A program made the position numbers and the translations under genes. A stretch of 64,000 nt of DNA, taken from NCBI GenBank assembly GCA_963697895.1, contig OY969100.1:672001-736000 (forward strand). The letters are read 5' to 3'. The notes under the pieces were generated by a model. The model did no database searches. It saw only the letters and a list, made by a program, of their open reading frames with translations, and was not told where the DNA came from. Origin of the DNA: an uncultured Methanomicrobiales archaeon. Lineage in GTDB: Archaea > Halobacteriota > Methanomicrobia > Methanomicrobiales > Methanospirillaceae. Below are positions 11,135-20,647 of the stretch, piece after piece (the stretch's first letter is position 1; each line of letters begins with the position of its first letter).

Positions 11135-11320
11135 AAATTATATATAGGTTCAGTTCGAATGCGATAATGTCCCGTTTTCGGACAAGGTGGCGCGACTAAT
11201 CCATATGCTCAAAATGGAGTATGTAATGGAGTAGTAGTCCGGATAATCATCAAGTATGGGGATAATACGAAAGTAGAATGATGGCGATGAGATCTGGAAT
11301 ATTCCTCCTCCAGCGGAAGC
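11135..11320 (+). promoter_or_regulatory. TATA promoter plus conserved long 5' leader, copy B
   Basis: AATTATATATAGG at 11136-11148, then TGTCC..GGACAAGGTGGCGyGACTAATCCATATGCT..GTAGTCCG..ATCATCA..GTATGGGGATAAT shared with copy A. Confidence 0.75.
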
Positions 11321-11416
11321 ACTGTGCGGTAAAAGAACCGTAACATGGCCTTCAGCCCGTATCGATCGATACCGGAGGGGATGTTCTTCTTGTTACCATC
11401 TGATTAGGGGATAATT

Positions 11417-14400
11417 ATGATGGACATTCAATCAGGTGGAAAAGAACGCTTTACGTTTCTTTGTATCGCGTTCCTGTTCGGCTGCATACTGGCGGTGGCA
11501 CCGGTTGCAGCATTACATGATGTGTCGGTCTCTATCGATCAACCGGGAGGACCCTGTTCTCCGGCGGAGAAATGTATCCTGTTCGAGATCGATGCGGGGC
11601 TTACGGGAAATGATCAGCACTCCTTCTTCGTGAGTTTTCCGAAAGATGACATTTCAGTACCGTTGACTATCGATCCCGACTGTGTCAACATTTCCTGGAA
11701 TGATAATGGGACGTGGACGACTCCGGTTCATCCAAATGCAACCGAGGTCAATGACACGTTTCCGAACCAGCAGCTATGCCCGGATACCACAACCGTCAGG
11801 ATATTGAACCCGATAGGGATCCCGACGAACAAATATGTCGAGATCTGTTTCCTGCCGTGTTCAGACATTGCCTTGATCGGATGCAATTATACCGCGTGTG
11901 TAGGCACGGATGAAGAGAATGTTTCCGTACAGAGCAATAATTCGGTTTCTCTCATGTATAATGTGACCATAATTCCGGGCGAGAATGGTACGATTGTTGC
12001 TGAGACACCACCGCCCTACCCGTGCGGATCGACGCCGAGCTTCGATTTCATTCCCGATTGCGGGTATAAGGTCTGCAATGTCTGCATCACTCCCTTGGGA
12101 GGGAATGATCCCTGCCTCGGCCCCATGTCCTCCTATACGTTCGACCCCCTCGACCAGTGTTATGAAATTTCCGCTGAATTCTGCCCGATCGGAAACATCA
12201 GCGGTTATAAACTGGATAAGGAAGGAAATCCACTCAGCGGCTGGGAGATCAGGCTCTTCAACATGACGGCCCTGGTGGAAACCAATACCACCGGAGCCGA
12301 CGGGAAATACACGTTCGAGGATCTTGATTTGGGGAATTATACCGTGAACGAGACCCTTCAACCCGGATGGATGCAGATCGGCCCGCCGGGCGGCTTTTAC
12401 CAGGTCGAGATCAATTACGATAACCGGGTATTTACCGATCTGAATTTCACAAACGAGCAGATTGGCAATATCAGCGGGTATAAGCTGAACGATGCGACCG
12501 GTCTCGGCATCCCGGGTTGGTTAATGAACCTGTCCAATGAGTCTGTAATAAACATTCATAACACATCGACCGACGGATCCGGGTTCTATCTCTTCGCCGG
12601 CCTGCCGTTTGACACGTATACGGTCGCCGAGGAACTGAAGCCGGGGTGGGCGAACATCACCCCGACCTCGGTGGGGGATCTGGTTATAGACGGGGATACC
12701 CTCAATATCGGGAACGTGAACTTCACGAATGAACAGAATGGAACAATCAGCGGGTATAAACTCGACAATACCACCGGACTCGGCATCCCGGACTGGTTAA
12801 TGACCCTGTCCAACGAGTCTGCAGCTAACATTCAAAATACGTCGACTAACGGATTGGGATTCTACATCTTCACCGGACTGCCGTTCGAAACGTACACGGT
12901 CACCGAGGAACTGAAACCGGGTTACACGAATGTCACCCCCCTCTCCCAGGACGACCTCGTCATAAATGAGGAAAACCCGTCCATAGAGAACGTGAACTTC
13001 ACGAACGAGTTGGAGAAGTTCTGTATCGACGGGTACAAGCTCGATGAGACCGGACTCGGACTTGAGGGATGGACCATTACCGTCACGGATGATCAGGAAC
13101 AGGAAGTCGGGACCGACGTAACCAATGAGACCGGGTTCTACCGGATCTGCGGTCTTGTACCGGGCGACTATACCGTCACCGAGGATCTCAAGGATGGCTG
13201 GTTGAACCAGACCCCGCTCAGCGTGAGTGTCACGGTCGATGAATCCAACGTAGACAACGTGAACTTCACGAACGAGTTGGAGAAGTTCTGTATCGACGGG
13301 TACAAGCTCGATGAGACCGGCCTCGGACTTGAGGGATGGACCATTACCGTCACGGATGATCAGGAACAGGAAGTCGGGACCGACATAACCAACGAGACCG
13401 GGTTCTACCGGATCTGCGGTCTTGTACCGGGCGACTATACCGTCACCGAGGATCTCAAGGATGGCTGGTTGAACCAGACACCGCTCAGCGTGAGTGTCAC
13501 GATCGATGAATCCAACGTCGATAATGTCAACTTCACGAATGAGTTGGAGAAGTTCTGTATCGACGGGTACAAGCTCGATGAGACCGGACTCGGACTTGAG
13601 GGATGGACCATTACCGTAACGGATGATCAGGAACAGGAAGTCGGGACCGACGTAACCAACGAGACCGGGTTCTACCGGATCTGCGGTCTTGTACCGGGCG
13701 ACTATACCGTCACCGAGGATCTCAAGGATGGCTGGTTGAACCAGACACCGCTCAGCGTGAGTGTCACGATCGATGAATCCAACGTCGATAATGTCAACTT
13801 CACGAATGAGTTGGAGAAGTTCTGTATCGACGGGTACAAGCTCGATGAGACCGGCCTCGGACTTGAGGGATGGACCATTACCGTAACGGATGATCAGGAA
13901 CAGGAGGTCGGAACCGACATAACCAATGAGACCGGGTTCTACCGGATCTGCGGTCTTGTACCGGGCGACTATACTGTCACCGAGGATCTCAAGGAAGGCT
14001 GGATGAACCTCACCCCGCTCAGCGTGAGTGTCACGGTCGATGAATCCAACGTCGATAATGTCAACTTCACGAACGAGTTGGAGAAGTTCTGTATCGACGG
14101 GTACAAGCTCGATGAGACCGGTCTCGGACTTGAGGGATGGACCATTACCGTAACGGATGATCAGGAACAGGAAGTCGGGACCGACATAACCAATGAGACC
14201 GGGTTCTACCGGATCTGCGGTCTTGTACCGGGCGACTATACCGTCACCGAGGATCTCAAGGAAGGCTGGTTGAACCTCACCCCGCTCAGCGTGAGTGTCA
14301 CGGTCGATGAATCCAACGTCGATAATGTCAACTTCACGAACGAGTTGGAGAAGTTCTGTATCGACGGGTACAAGCTCGATGAGACCGGTCTCGGACTTGA

Positions 14401-16069
14401 GGGATGGACCATTACCGTCACGGATGATCAGGAACAGGAAGTCGGGACCGACATAACCAATGAGACCGGGTTCTACCGGATCTGCGGTCTTGTACCGGGC
14501 GACTATACCGTCACCGAGGATCTCAAGGAAGGCTGGTTGAACCTCACCCCGCTCAGCGTGAGTGTCACGGTCGATGAATCCAACGTCGATAATGTCAACT
14601 TCACGAACGAGTTGGAGAAGTTCTGTATCGACGGGTACAAGCTCGATGAGACCGGTCTCGGACTTGAGGGATGGACCATTACCGTCACGGATGATCAGGA
14701 ACAGGAAGTCGGGACCGACATAACCAATGAGACCGGGTTCTACCGGATCTGCGGTCTTGTACCGGGCGACTATACCGTCACCGAGGATCTCAAGGAAGGC
14801 TGGTTGAACCTCACCCCGCTCAGCGTGAGTGTCACGGTCGATGAATCCAACGTCGATAATGTCAACTTCACGAACGAGTTGGAGAAGTTCTGTATCGACG
14901 GGTACAAGCTCGATGAGACCGGCCTCGGGCTTGAGGGGTGGACCATTACCGTCACGGATGATCAGGAACAGGAAGTCGGGACCGACATAACTAATGAGAC
15001 CGGGTTCTACCGGATCTGCGGTCTTGTACCGGGCGACTATACTGTCACCGAGGATCTCAAGGAAGGCTGGATGAACCAGACCCCGCTCAGCGTGAGTGTC
15101 ACGGTCGATGAATCCAACGTCGATAATGTCAACTTCACGAACGAGTTGGAGAAGTTCTGTATCGACGGGTACAAGCTCGATGAGACCGGCCTCGGGCTTG
15201 AGGGGTGGACCATTACCGTCACGGATGATCAGGAACAGGAAGTCGGGACCGACGTAACTAATGAGACCGGGTTCTACCGGATCTGCGGTCTTGTACCGGG
15301 CGACTATACTGTCACCGAGGATCTCAAGGAAGGCTGGATGAACCAGACCCCGCTCAGCGTGAGTGTCACGGTCGATGAATCCAACGTAGACAACGTGAAC
15401 TTCACGAACGAAAAGATCCTCGGCACCATCAGCGGGTACAAACTCGACAATGCAACCGGCCTTGGTATTCCCGACTGGGTAATGACATTGTCCAACGGCT
15501 CTGCAACAATCGACGTGACGCAGACCAACGAATCCGGGTTCTATATCTTCTCTGGTCTGCCGTTTGACACATACACAGTCACTGAAGAACTGAAGACGGG
15601 TTACTTCAACATCACTCCGATCTCACAGGACGACCTCGTCATAGACGAAGAGACCCAGAACATCGAGAACGTAAACTTCACGAATGAAATTGGCAATGGA
15701 ACAGTGGTAGGGTGGATCCACACCAACTGTAACCTGGGTGAGTTAGCTGTTCCGGAGGCAAGGGTCCGGGCATCCCTCTCCGAGGATGGCTTGTTCATCA
15801 ACGGTTCATATTGGGAAGTTACGACCGATATCGGAGGGTTCTATGGAATATCGAACCTTCCGACCGGTGTGCCCCTCTTCATAACGGCGCTGTCTCCCGA
15901 ATCTGCACCTGATAAGTACCATCTATACCTCTACCAGGTGTACCCCGGGAGCCTTATTGTATGCAACGAAACTCCGTGCGTCGTTGATCTGGCACCACTC
16001 GCAATAAATGAAACTAAACAGGTAAACTGGATTTTCACCCCGAATACCTCAGAATTCCAATCCACCTGA
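11417..16069 (+). CDS. Large surface protein: domain X + InlB-B-like module + CnaB/SdrD-B-like repeats + C-terminal domain Z
   Basis: Signal peptide ending PVAA; about 13 domains of pattern I(S/D)GYKLD..GL.GW...YTVTE..GW..VNFTNE; no C-terminal TM helix. Confidence 0.85.
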   Translation: MMDIQSGGKERFTFLCIAFLFGCILAVAPVAALHDVSVSIDQPGGPCSPAEKCILFEIDAGLTGNDQHSFFVSFPKDDISVPLTIDPDCVNISWNDNGTWTTPVHPNATEVNDTFPNQQLCPDTTTVRILNPIGIPTNKYVEICFLPCSDIALIGCNYTACVGTDEENVSVQSNNSVSLMYNVTIIPGENGTIVAETPPPYPCGSTPSFDFIPDCGYKVCNVCITPLGGNDPCLGPMSSYTFDPLDQCYEISAEFCPIGNISGYKLDKEGNPLSGWEIRLFNMTALVETNTTGADGKYTFEDLDLGNYTVNETLQPGWMQIGPPGGFYQVEINYDNRVFTDLNFTNEQIGNISGYKLNDATGLGIPGWLMNLSNESVINIHNTSTDGSGFYLFAGLPFDTYTVAEELKPGWANITPTSVGDLVIDGDTLNIGNVNFTNEQNGTISGYKLDNTTGLGIPDWLMTLSNESAANIQNTSTNGLGFYIFTGLPFETYTVTEELKPGYTNVTPLSQDDLVINEENPSIENVNFTNELEKFCIDGYKLDETGLGLEGWTITVTDDQEQEVGTDVTNETGFYRICGLVPGDYTVTEDLKDGWLNQTPLSVSVTVDESNVDNVNFTNELEKFCIDGYKLDETGLGLEGWTITVTDDQEQEVGTDITNETGFYRICGLVPGDYTVTEDLKDGWLNQTPLSVSVTIDESNVDNVNFTNELEKFCIDGYKLDETGLGLEGWTITVTDDQEQEVGTDVTNETGFYRICGLVPGDYTVTEDLKDGWLNQTPLSVSVTIDESNVDNVNFTNELEKFCIDGYKLDETGLGLEGWTITVTDDQEQEVGTDITNETGFYRICGLVPGDYTVTEDLKEGWMNLTPLSVSVTVDESNVDNVNFTNELEKFCIDGYKLDETGLGLEGWTITVTDDQEQEVGTDITNETGFYRICGLVPGDYTVTEDLKEGWLNLTPLSVSVTVDESNVDNVNFTNELEKFCIDGYKLDETGLGLEGWTITVTDDQEQEVGTDITNETGFYRICGLVPGDYTVTEDLKEGWLNLTPLSVSVTVDESNVDNVNFTNELEKFCIDGYKLDETGLGLEGWTITVTDDQEQEVGTDITNETGFYRICGLVPGDYTVTEDLKEGWLNLTPLSVSVTVDESNVDNVNFTNELEKFCIDGYKLDETGLGLEGWTITVTDDQEQEVGTDITNETGFYRICGLVPGDYTVTEDLKEGWMNQTPLSVSVTVDESNVDNVNFTNELEKFCIDGYKLDETGLGLEGWTITVTDDQEQEVGTDVTNETGFYRICGLVPGDYTVTEDLKEGWMNQTPLSVSVTVDESNVDNVNFTNEKILGTISGYKLDNATGLGIPDWVMTLSNGSATIDVTQTNESGFYIFSGLPFDTYTVTEELKTGYFNITPISQDDLVIDEETQNIENVNFTNEIGNGTVVGWIHTNCNLGELAVPEARVRASLSEDGLFINGSYWEVTTDIGGFYGISNLPTGVPLFITALSPESAPDKYHLYLYQVYPGSLIVCNETPCVVDLAPLAINETKQVNWIFTPNTSEFQST
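13007..15409 (+). repeat. Nine near-identical tandem 267-bp coding repeats (89 aa)
   Basis: gagttggagaagttctgtatc at 13007, 13274 ... 15143 (period 267). Confidence 0.95.
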
Positions 16070-16090
16070 ATTTTTTTTTAAAAAAAAAGA
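16070..16090. terminator. Probable bidirectional oligo-T terminator
   Basis: T-run directly followed by an A-run between convergent genes. Confidence 0.55.
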
Positions 16091-16215
16091 GTGATTCCAA
16101 CCAGGGAGCAGTATCTCAACATCGATGATGCCGATCAGGATAATCCTCTCCCGAGGCGGATTTGATTGAGGATCAATTCTTAACGGGATATCCTTCACCG
16201 GGAAAAAGGATCCTA

Positions 16216-17220
16216 TTATTTCGGAGCATTCCGGGTGATCTTCGCCCTTGCCAATTTTTCTATCGTATCACGATCGACATCGGTATTGGTGACCAGACGC
16301 GCATGGCTGACCGCACTGTCCACAAATGCCCTGCCGACAGGATTCCTGACGATAAGTGTCGTGAATCCTGAAGGACTCCCGACAGCACCGGCGGAAATAT
16401 CTGCAACGGTTGCTGTCAGATCTGTGCAGTAATGGCATCCCTCCCGGACCGTATCCTCGATCTCTGCCAGAGGTATCGATTTTACTGTCCCATCGCTCAA
16501 TCGCACTTCGAGTTTTCCTTTTACGTCGAGTCGCTCGATCTGCCACGGCTGGATATGGTACTTTTTTTCCAGCCTGTCTTCGATAAGGGCGCGGTAATCG
16601 AAACTCTCCGTGCAGAAAAGCCCTATCACGAGTCGGATGGAGCGGGCAAAGGGTTTCAGCAGATCATTATCGCTCTCACGGATCTGTTTCACCGCCTGAG
16701 CAACACAGGGGACGCCGACGATGGCGATTCGCCGGTATTTCCGATCGATCACCGCCGTTTTCAACGCGCTGAGAAGGGGAACCCACCAGCTGTACCGGCT
16801 TCCTGCCTGTTGTATCAAATCCCCCGATGACGTGAGTATCACGGAGGACGGCCGAAGAGTCCACCGGTCTTCCGTCACGGTAACGACCGCATCGATGAGT
16901 CCCTCATCCAGCGCATTTGCGAGTATTGCGGTGACTGCCCCGCCGCTCTGCTTCCGTGGGATATCGAATGCCGCCTGGCCGGCCAGGATCTCAAGATATT
17001 CCCCGAGTGGAGCCGCGGTAACGGGGTTTACCCGGGGACACACCGCGTAGCATGCACCACAGCGGACCGCATCGGTTGCCTGTTTACAGTACCCCGTATT
17101 CCGTGGGCTCCTGGTACTGTCCTCCAAATCGAAGCAGAGTACATCTCCCGGACAGACGGCGATGCAGGCTCCGCATCCAGCGCATAACCCTTTGTCCCAG
17201 ACCTCCTTTTTCAGGTCCAT
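16216..17220 (-). CDS. F420 hydrogenase/dehydrogenase beta-subunit (FrhB/FdhB family) protein with N-terminal ferredoxin domain
   Basis: CAGCGACIAVCP, CGACYAVCP, QSGGAVTA, VGVPC, IGLFC, GCHYCTD, DISAG motifs; last gene of the glt operon. Confidence 0.9.
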   Translation of the reverse strand: MDLKKEVWDKGLCAGCGACIAVCPGDVLCFDLEDSTRSPRNTGYCKQATDAVRCGACYAVCPRVNPVTAAPLGEYLEILAGQAAFDIPRKQSGGAVTAILANALDEGLIDAVVTVTEDRWTLRPSSVILTSSGDLIQQAGSRYSWWVPLLSALKTAVIDRKYRRIAIVGVPCVAQAVKQIRESDNDLLKPFARSIRLVIGLFCTESFDYRALIEDRLEKKYHIQPWQIERLDVKGKLEVRLSDGTVKSIPLAEIEDTVREGCHYCTDLTATVADISAGAVGSPSGFTTLIVRNPVGRAFVDSAVSHARLVTNTDVDRDTIEKLARAKITRNAPK

Positions 17221-17245
17221 ATAGCTTTTTCTTCCATGCGTATTC

Positions 17246-17986
17246 CTACTCCCATGTGTATTTATTCGCAAAAGGGCGGCTGCTCGAAGGGATTATCCGG
17301 GTAAAGGTCCCTTTCGTGAGCGGCAGGGGATCTTCACCGAAATATCGTGCAAATTCGTGGATGAGAGGTATAAAACTTTCCCTTTCTTCCGGCGTGCAGG
17401 AATGCTTCTTAGCCCCGACCCCGAGGAAGTGATCGGCAACCTCCCCGCGGATGATAATCTCACCCCCGTGAATCCCGGAACCAATCCCCCTCTCTGAAAC
17501 TGCATCTCCATCGTTCATTCCCAATACAAGAATCCTGCCACCAGCCATATATTCTCCGAGGAATGCGCGTGCATGTCCCCCGACAACCAGAATGGGGCAT
17601 TTTTCCTGATATTCTTTCATATGGATTCCGCCACGGTATCCGATGTGGTCCCTGACAAAGACCCTTCCTCCCCGCATGCTATGGGCAACCGCATCCCCCG
17701 CACTTCCATGGATAACGATACACCCGGAATCCATCGTATTGCCGGGTGCATGGTCACAATTGCCATATACGGTGCATGTCGGACCACTCATGAACATCCC
17801 GAGATCTCCCCCGGGAACGCCATTGATCACCAGATTTACCGTTCCTTTCAGACCATCCGCAATGAAACGCTGTCCCATTACATGGTCGATGATGATCTCT
17901 TCCGCCCCTTCCCGGACTGCCTGGCGGATCCGTTGGTTAAGCGGGGTATAGTGCATCCCCCGTGCATCAATCCTGACCGTCGTCAA
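17246..17986 (-). CDS. Glutamate synthase GXGXG-domain subunit (GltB3)
   Basis: Repeated G-x-x-M-x-G-G beta-helix motifs (LGEYMAGG). Confidence 0.9.
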   Translation of the reverse strand: MTTVRIDARGMHYTPLNQRIRQAVREGAEEIIIDHVMGQRFIADGLKGTVNLVINGVPGGDLGMFMSGPTCTVYGNCDHAPGNTMDSGCIVIHGSAGDAVAHSMRGGRVFVRDHIGYRGGIHMKEYQEKCPILVVGGHARAFLGEYMAGGRILVLGMNDGDAVSERGIGSGIHGGEIIIRGEVADHFLGVGAKKHSCTPEERESFIPLIHEFARYFGEDPLPLTKGTFTRIIPSSSRPFANKYTWE

Positions 17987-17990
17987 TGGT

Positions 17991-19499
17991 TTATGCCCCC
18001 ACAGATTTTACATCGAGGACATTCATGAGCGACTCGTCCAGCATATACCCTCTGAGCCTATCCCGGTTTCCCCGCAGGCTCTCAATACTGTTTATCCCGG
18101 CGGCTCCCATCAGCTCAGCGATCTCAAGCGTCCATGCGTGGATAAGATTTGCAACATTGGCGGATGCAATCTCCGGATCGAGGCGTTCAACGAGATCCGG
18201 TCTCTGCGTTGCGATCCCCCATGGACAAAGCCCCCGGTAGCAGGTCCCGCAGACCCGGCAACCCATGGCGACGAGTGCGGCTGTGCCGATGTAGACCGCA
18301 TCGGCACCAAGCGCAATTATTTTTGCAATATCTGCACTTTCACGGATCCCGCCACTGGCAATGAGAGACACCTCATTTCGGATTCCCTGTTGGCGGAGTT
18401 TGGTGTCGACACTTGCGATCGCTGCCTCTATCGGTATTCCGACGTGGTCACGGAATACCCGCGGTGCGGCCCCTGTACCTCCCCGGAAGCCATCTATTAC
18501 AACCGCATCAGCAGATGAACGTGCAATCCCTGCAGCAATCGCCGCTGAGTTATGGACTGCGGCGATCTTCACAAATACCGGTTTTTTCCATTCAGTCGCC
18601 TCTTTCAGACTACGCACCAGTTGTTTCAAGTCCTCAATACTGTAGATGTCATGATGGGGAGCAGGGCTGATTGCATCGCTCCCAACCGGAATCATCCGGG
18701 TCGAGGAGACTTCACTATCAACCTTTTCACCCGGCAGATGACCCCCGATGCCGGGTTTTGCACCCTGGCCGATCTTGATCTCGATCGCTGCACCTCTTTC
18801 GAGATAGTCGATATTGACGCCGAACCTACCGGAAGCCACCTGAACGATCATATGATCCTGGTAAGGGTAGAGTGATTCGTGGAGGCCACCTTCCCCCGTC
18901 CCCATGAACGTGCCCATCTCGGTTACCGCCCTGGCCAGGGATTGCTGCGCATTCAGGCTGATTGCTCCATAGCTCATATGCCCGATCATAATCGGGGTCT
19001 CGACCTGGAGGTTGGGGGTAAGTCGGGTCGTAAGTTCAATATCCCCATTATTTCTGACGAAGGTCAGCTGAGATGGTTTTTTCCCGATGAACGTCCGCAA
19101 CTCCATCGGTTCACGAAGCGGATCGATGCTTGGATTGGTTACCTGACATGCATCCAGGACGAGCCGGTCGAAAATGATCGGATAGGGAAGGACATTCCCC
19201 ATACCGGAGAGAATGATCTTACCTGATCGAGCCTGGTTATATATCGCTTCCTTTACCTCAGGTGTCCATACCGGATGAGTACGGTAGTCCATCGGCCGCT
19301 CTTTGATAGAAATGGCATCTCTGGGACACATGGCAACACACCGGTGACAGGCCACGCACTGTCGGGAATTTACCCGTATCCGGTCATTGTCCAGACGAAA
19401 TACTCCAAACGGGCAGTTTTCAATACATCGACCACAAAGCATGCACTGGTCCTGATCAATCTGCACTTTGAATTTGAGAGGGACACTACCGATACTCAC
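17991..19499 (-). CDS. Glutamate synthase FMN-binding subunit with N-terminal 2x[4Fe-4S] domain (GltB2)
   Basis: MSYGAIS, GTGEGG, QVASGRFG, EIKIGQGAKPGIGGHLP, SPAPHHDIYSIEDL, CxxCxxCxxxxCPWGIATQ. Confidence 0.95.
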   Translation of the reverse strand: MSIGSVPLKFKVQIDQDQCMLCGRCIENCPFGVFRLDNDRIRVNSRQCVACHRCVAMCPRDAISIKERPMDYRTHPVWTPEVKEAIYNQARSGKIILSGMGNVLPYPIIFDRLVLDACQVTNPSIDPLREPMELRTFIGKKPSQLTFVRNNGDIELTTRLTPNLQVETPIMIGHMSYGAISLNAQQSLARAVTEMGTFMGTGEGGLHESLYPYQDHMIVQVASGRFGVNIDYLERGAAIEIKIGQGAKPGIGGHLPGEKVDSEVSSTRMIPVGSDAISPAPHHDIYSIEDLKQLVRSLKEATEWKKPVFVKIAAVHNSAAIAAGIARSSADAVVIDGFRGGTGAAPRVFRDHVGIPIEAAIASVDTKLRQQGIRNEVSLIASGGIRESADIAKIIALGADAVYIGTAALVAMGCRVCGTCYRGLCPWGIATQRPDLVERLDPEIASANVANLIHAWTLEIAELMGAAGINSIESLRGNRDRLRGYMLDESLMNVLDVKSVGA

Positions 19500-20545
19500 G
19501 AGACAATCCTCCCGATGACAGGCTCTCCGGCCCGTGGCATGGTGACCGATTCAATATCCGGCTCCATGGTTCGGATTGCCGCTTCTTCGCTCGAAATGTA
19601 AAGCTTGTTCCTGTGTTCTCCCGTCACCAGTGGGCGCAACTTGATACGATCGGTGAACCCGAGGATGTAATCCTGGTTCGCAACGACGATTGCAAAAGGC
19701 CCGTTCATCATTGCAGGACCGTATGCGAGACGAATTGCCTTATTGATCTTTTGCTCCTCCGGCTCCATACGATCGATCTCATCCCAGAAAGGCGGGGCAA
19801 GTGCACGCACCGCGAGTTCTTCCGGAAGTCCGTGCCGTCGTACAAGGAGATCGATCAGGTAGGCAACAACCTCAGTATCGGTGAACATGGTACATTGGTA
19901 TCCATAACTCTCTATATATCGTCGGTTTGTCCCGTATGATGTGATTTCACCGTTGTGCACTACACTCCAGTCGAGAAGGTTGAACGGGTGGGCACCTCCC
20001 CACCAGCCCGGAGTATTCGTGGGATACCGGTTATGCGCCAGCCAGATATATCCTTCATAGTCCTGGATCCGGTAGAAATCGGCCACGTCTTCCGGCCAGC
20101 CGGAAGCCTTGAAGAGAGCAATATTCTTTCCGGATGAATATATCAGCGCTCCTTTCACTGTCGTATTCACTCTCATTACCAGATCCGTGATTATATCTCC
20201 CTCTGATGAAACTTTATCGGTCTTCGAGTTAAGATCGGGTATGAAAAAGTACCTCCAGGGCGTGTGAACCTTTTTTATTTTGGATTCGTATGTGGGAATC
20301 TCCTCGTCATGAATGATATCTCCGTATTGTCGAAGAACCCCTTCCAGGTTTGTTTTTGCCTCCCGGAGGTTATCAAAAAATACGTGAAGAGCATACAAAT
20401 CTTTGAATTCAGGGAAAGCTCCATACGTAACGTAGCCTGCTCCCTGCCCACTCCCCCGCTCATTCATCTGCGAAAGGGCCAGTTTTATCCGGGAGCCATC
20501 AAAACGTTCCCTGCTCCGGTCGATGACACCAATTATACCACACAT
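19496..20545 (-). CDS. Glutamate synthase class II glutamine amidotransferase subunit (GltB1)
   Basis: N-terminal MCGI, HNRYPTNT, AHPF, HNGEI. Confidence 0.95.
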   Translation of the reverse strand: MCGIIGVIDRSRERFDGSRIKLALSQMNERGSGQGAGYVTYGAFPEFKDLYALHVFFDNLREAKTNLEGVLRQYGDIIHDEEIPTYESKIKKVHTPWRYFFIPDLNSKTDKVSSEGDIITDLVMRVNTTVKGALIYSSGKNIALFKASGWPEDVADFYRIQDYEGYIWLAHNRYPTNTPGWWGGAHPFNLLDWSVVHNGEITSYGTNRRYIESYGYQCTMFTDTEVVAYLIDLLVRRHGLPEELAVRALAPPFWDEIDRMEPEEQKINKAIRLAYGPAMMNGPFAIVVANQDYILGFTDRIKLRPLVTGEHRNKLYISSEEAAIRTMEPDIESVTMPRAGEPVIGRIVS

Positions 20546-20631
20546 CTTTATCACAGATCACATCGATAACAGAAATATCTGAAATATTTGCTCTTATAGA
20601 TATGGGTAATTAAATATAAATATAATTGGGT

Positions 20632-20645
20632 AGAAGCTATTTTCC
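20632..20645 (+). promoter_or_regulatory. NrpR-like operator before glnA
   Basis: AGAA-gctatt-TTCC between a TATA-like sequence (20611-20625) and the ATG; one mismatch to GGAA-N6-TTCC. Confidence 0.7.
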
Positions 20646-20647
20646 AT

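Noticed and set aside
10520-11320. Invertible promoter switch or MITE bounded by the inverted repeat
   Set aside because: The arms are diverged with indels, each contains its own outward-facing TATA box, and I see no recombinase or target-site duplication. Promoter duplication together with domain X explains it better.
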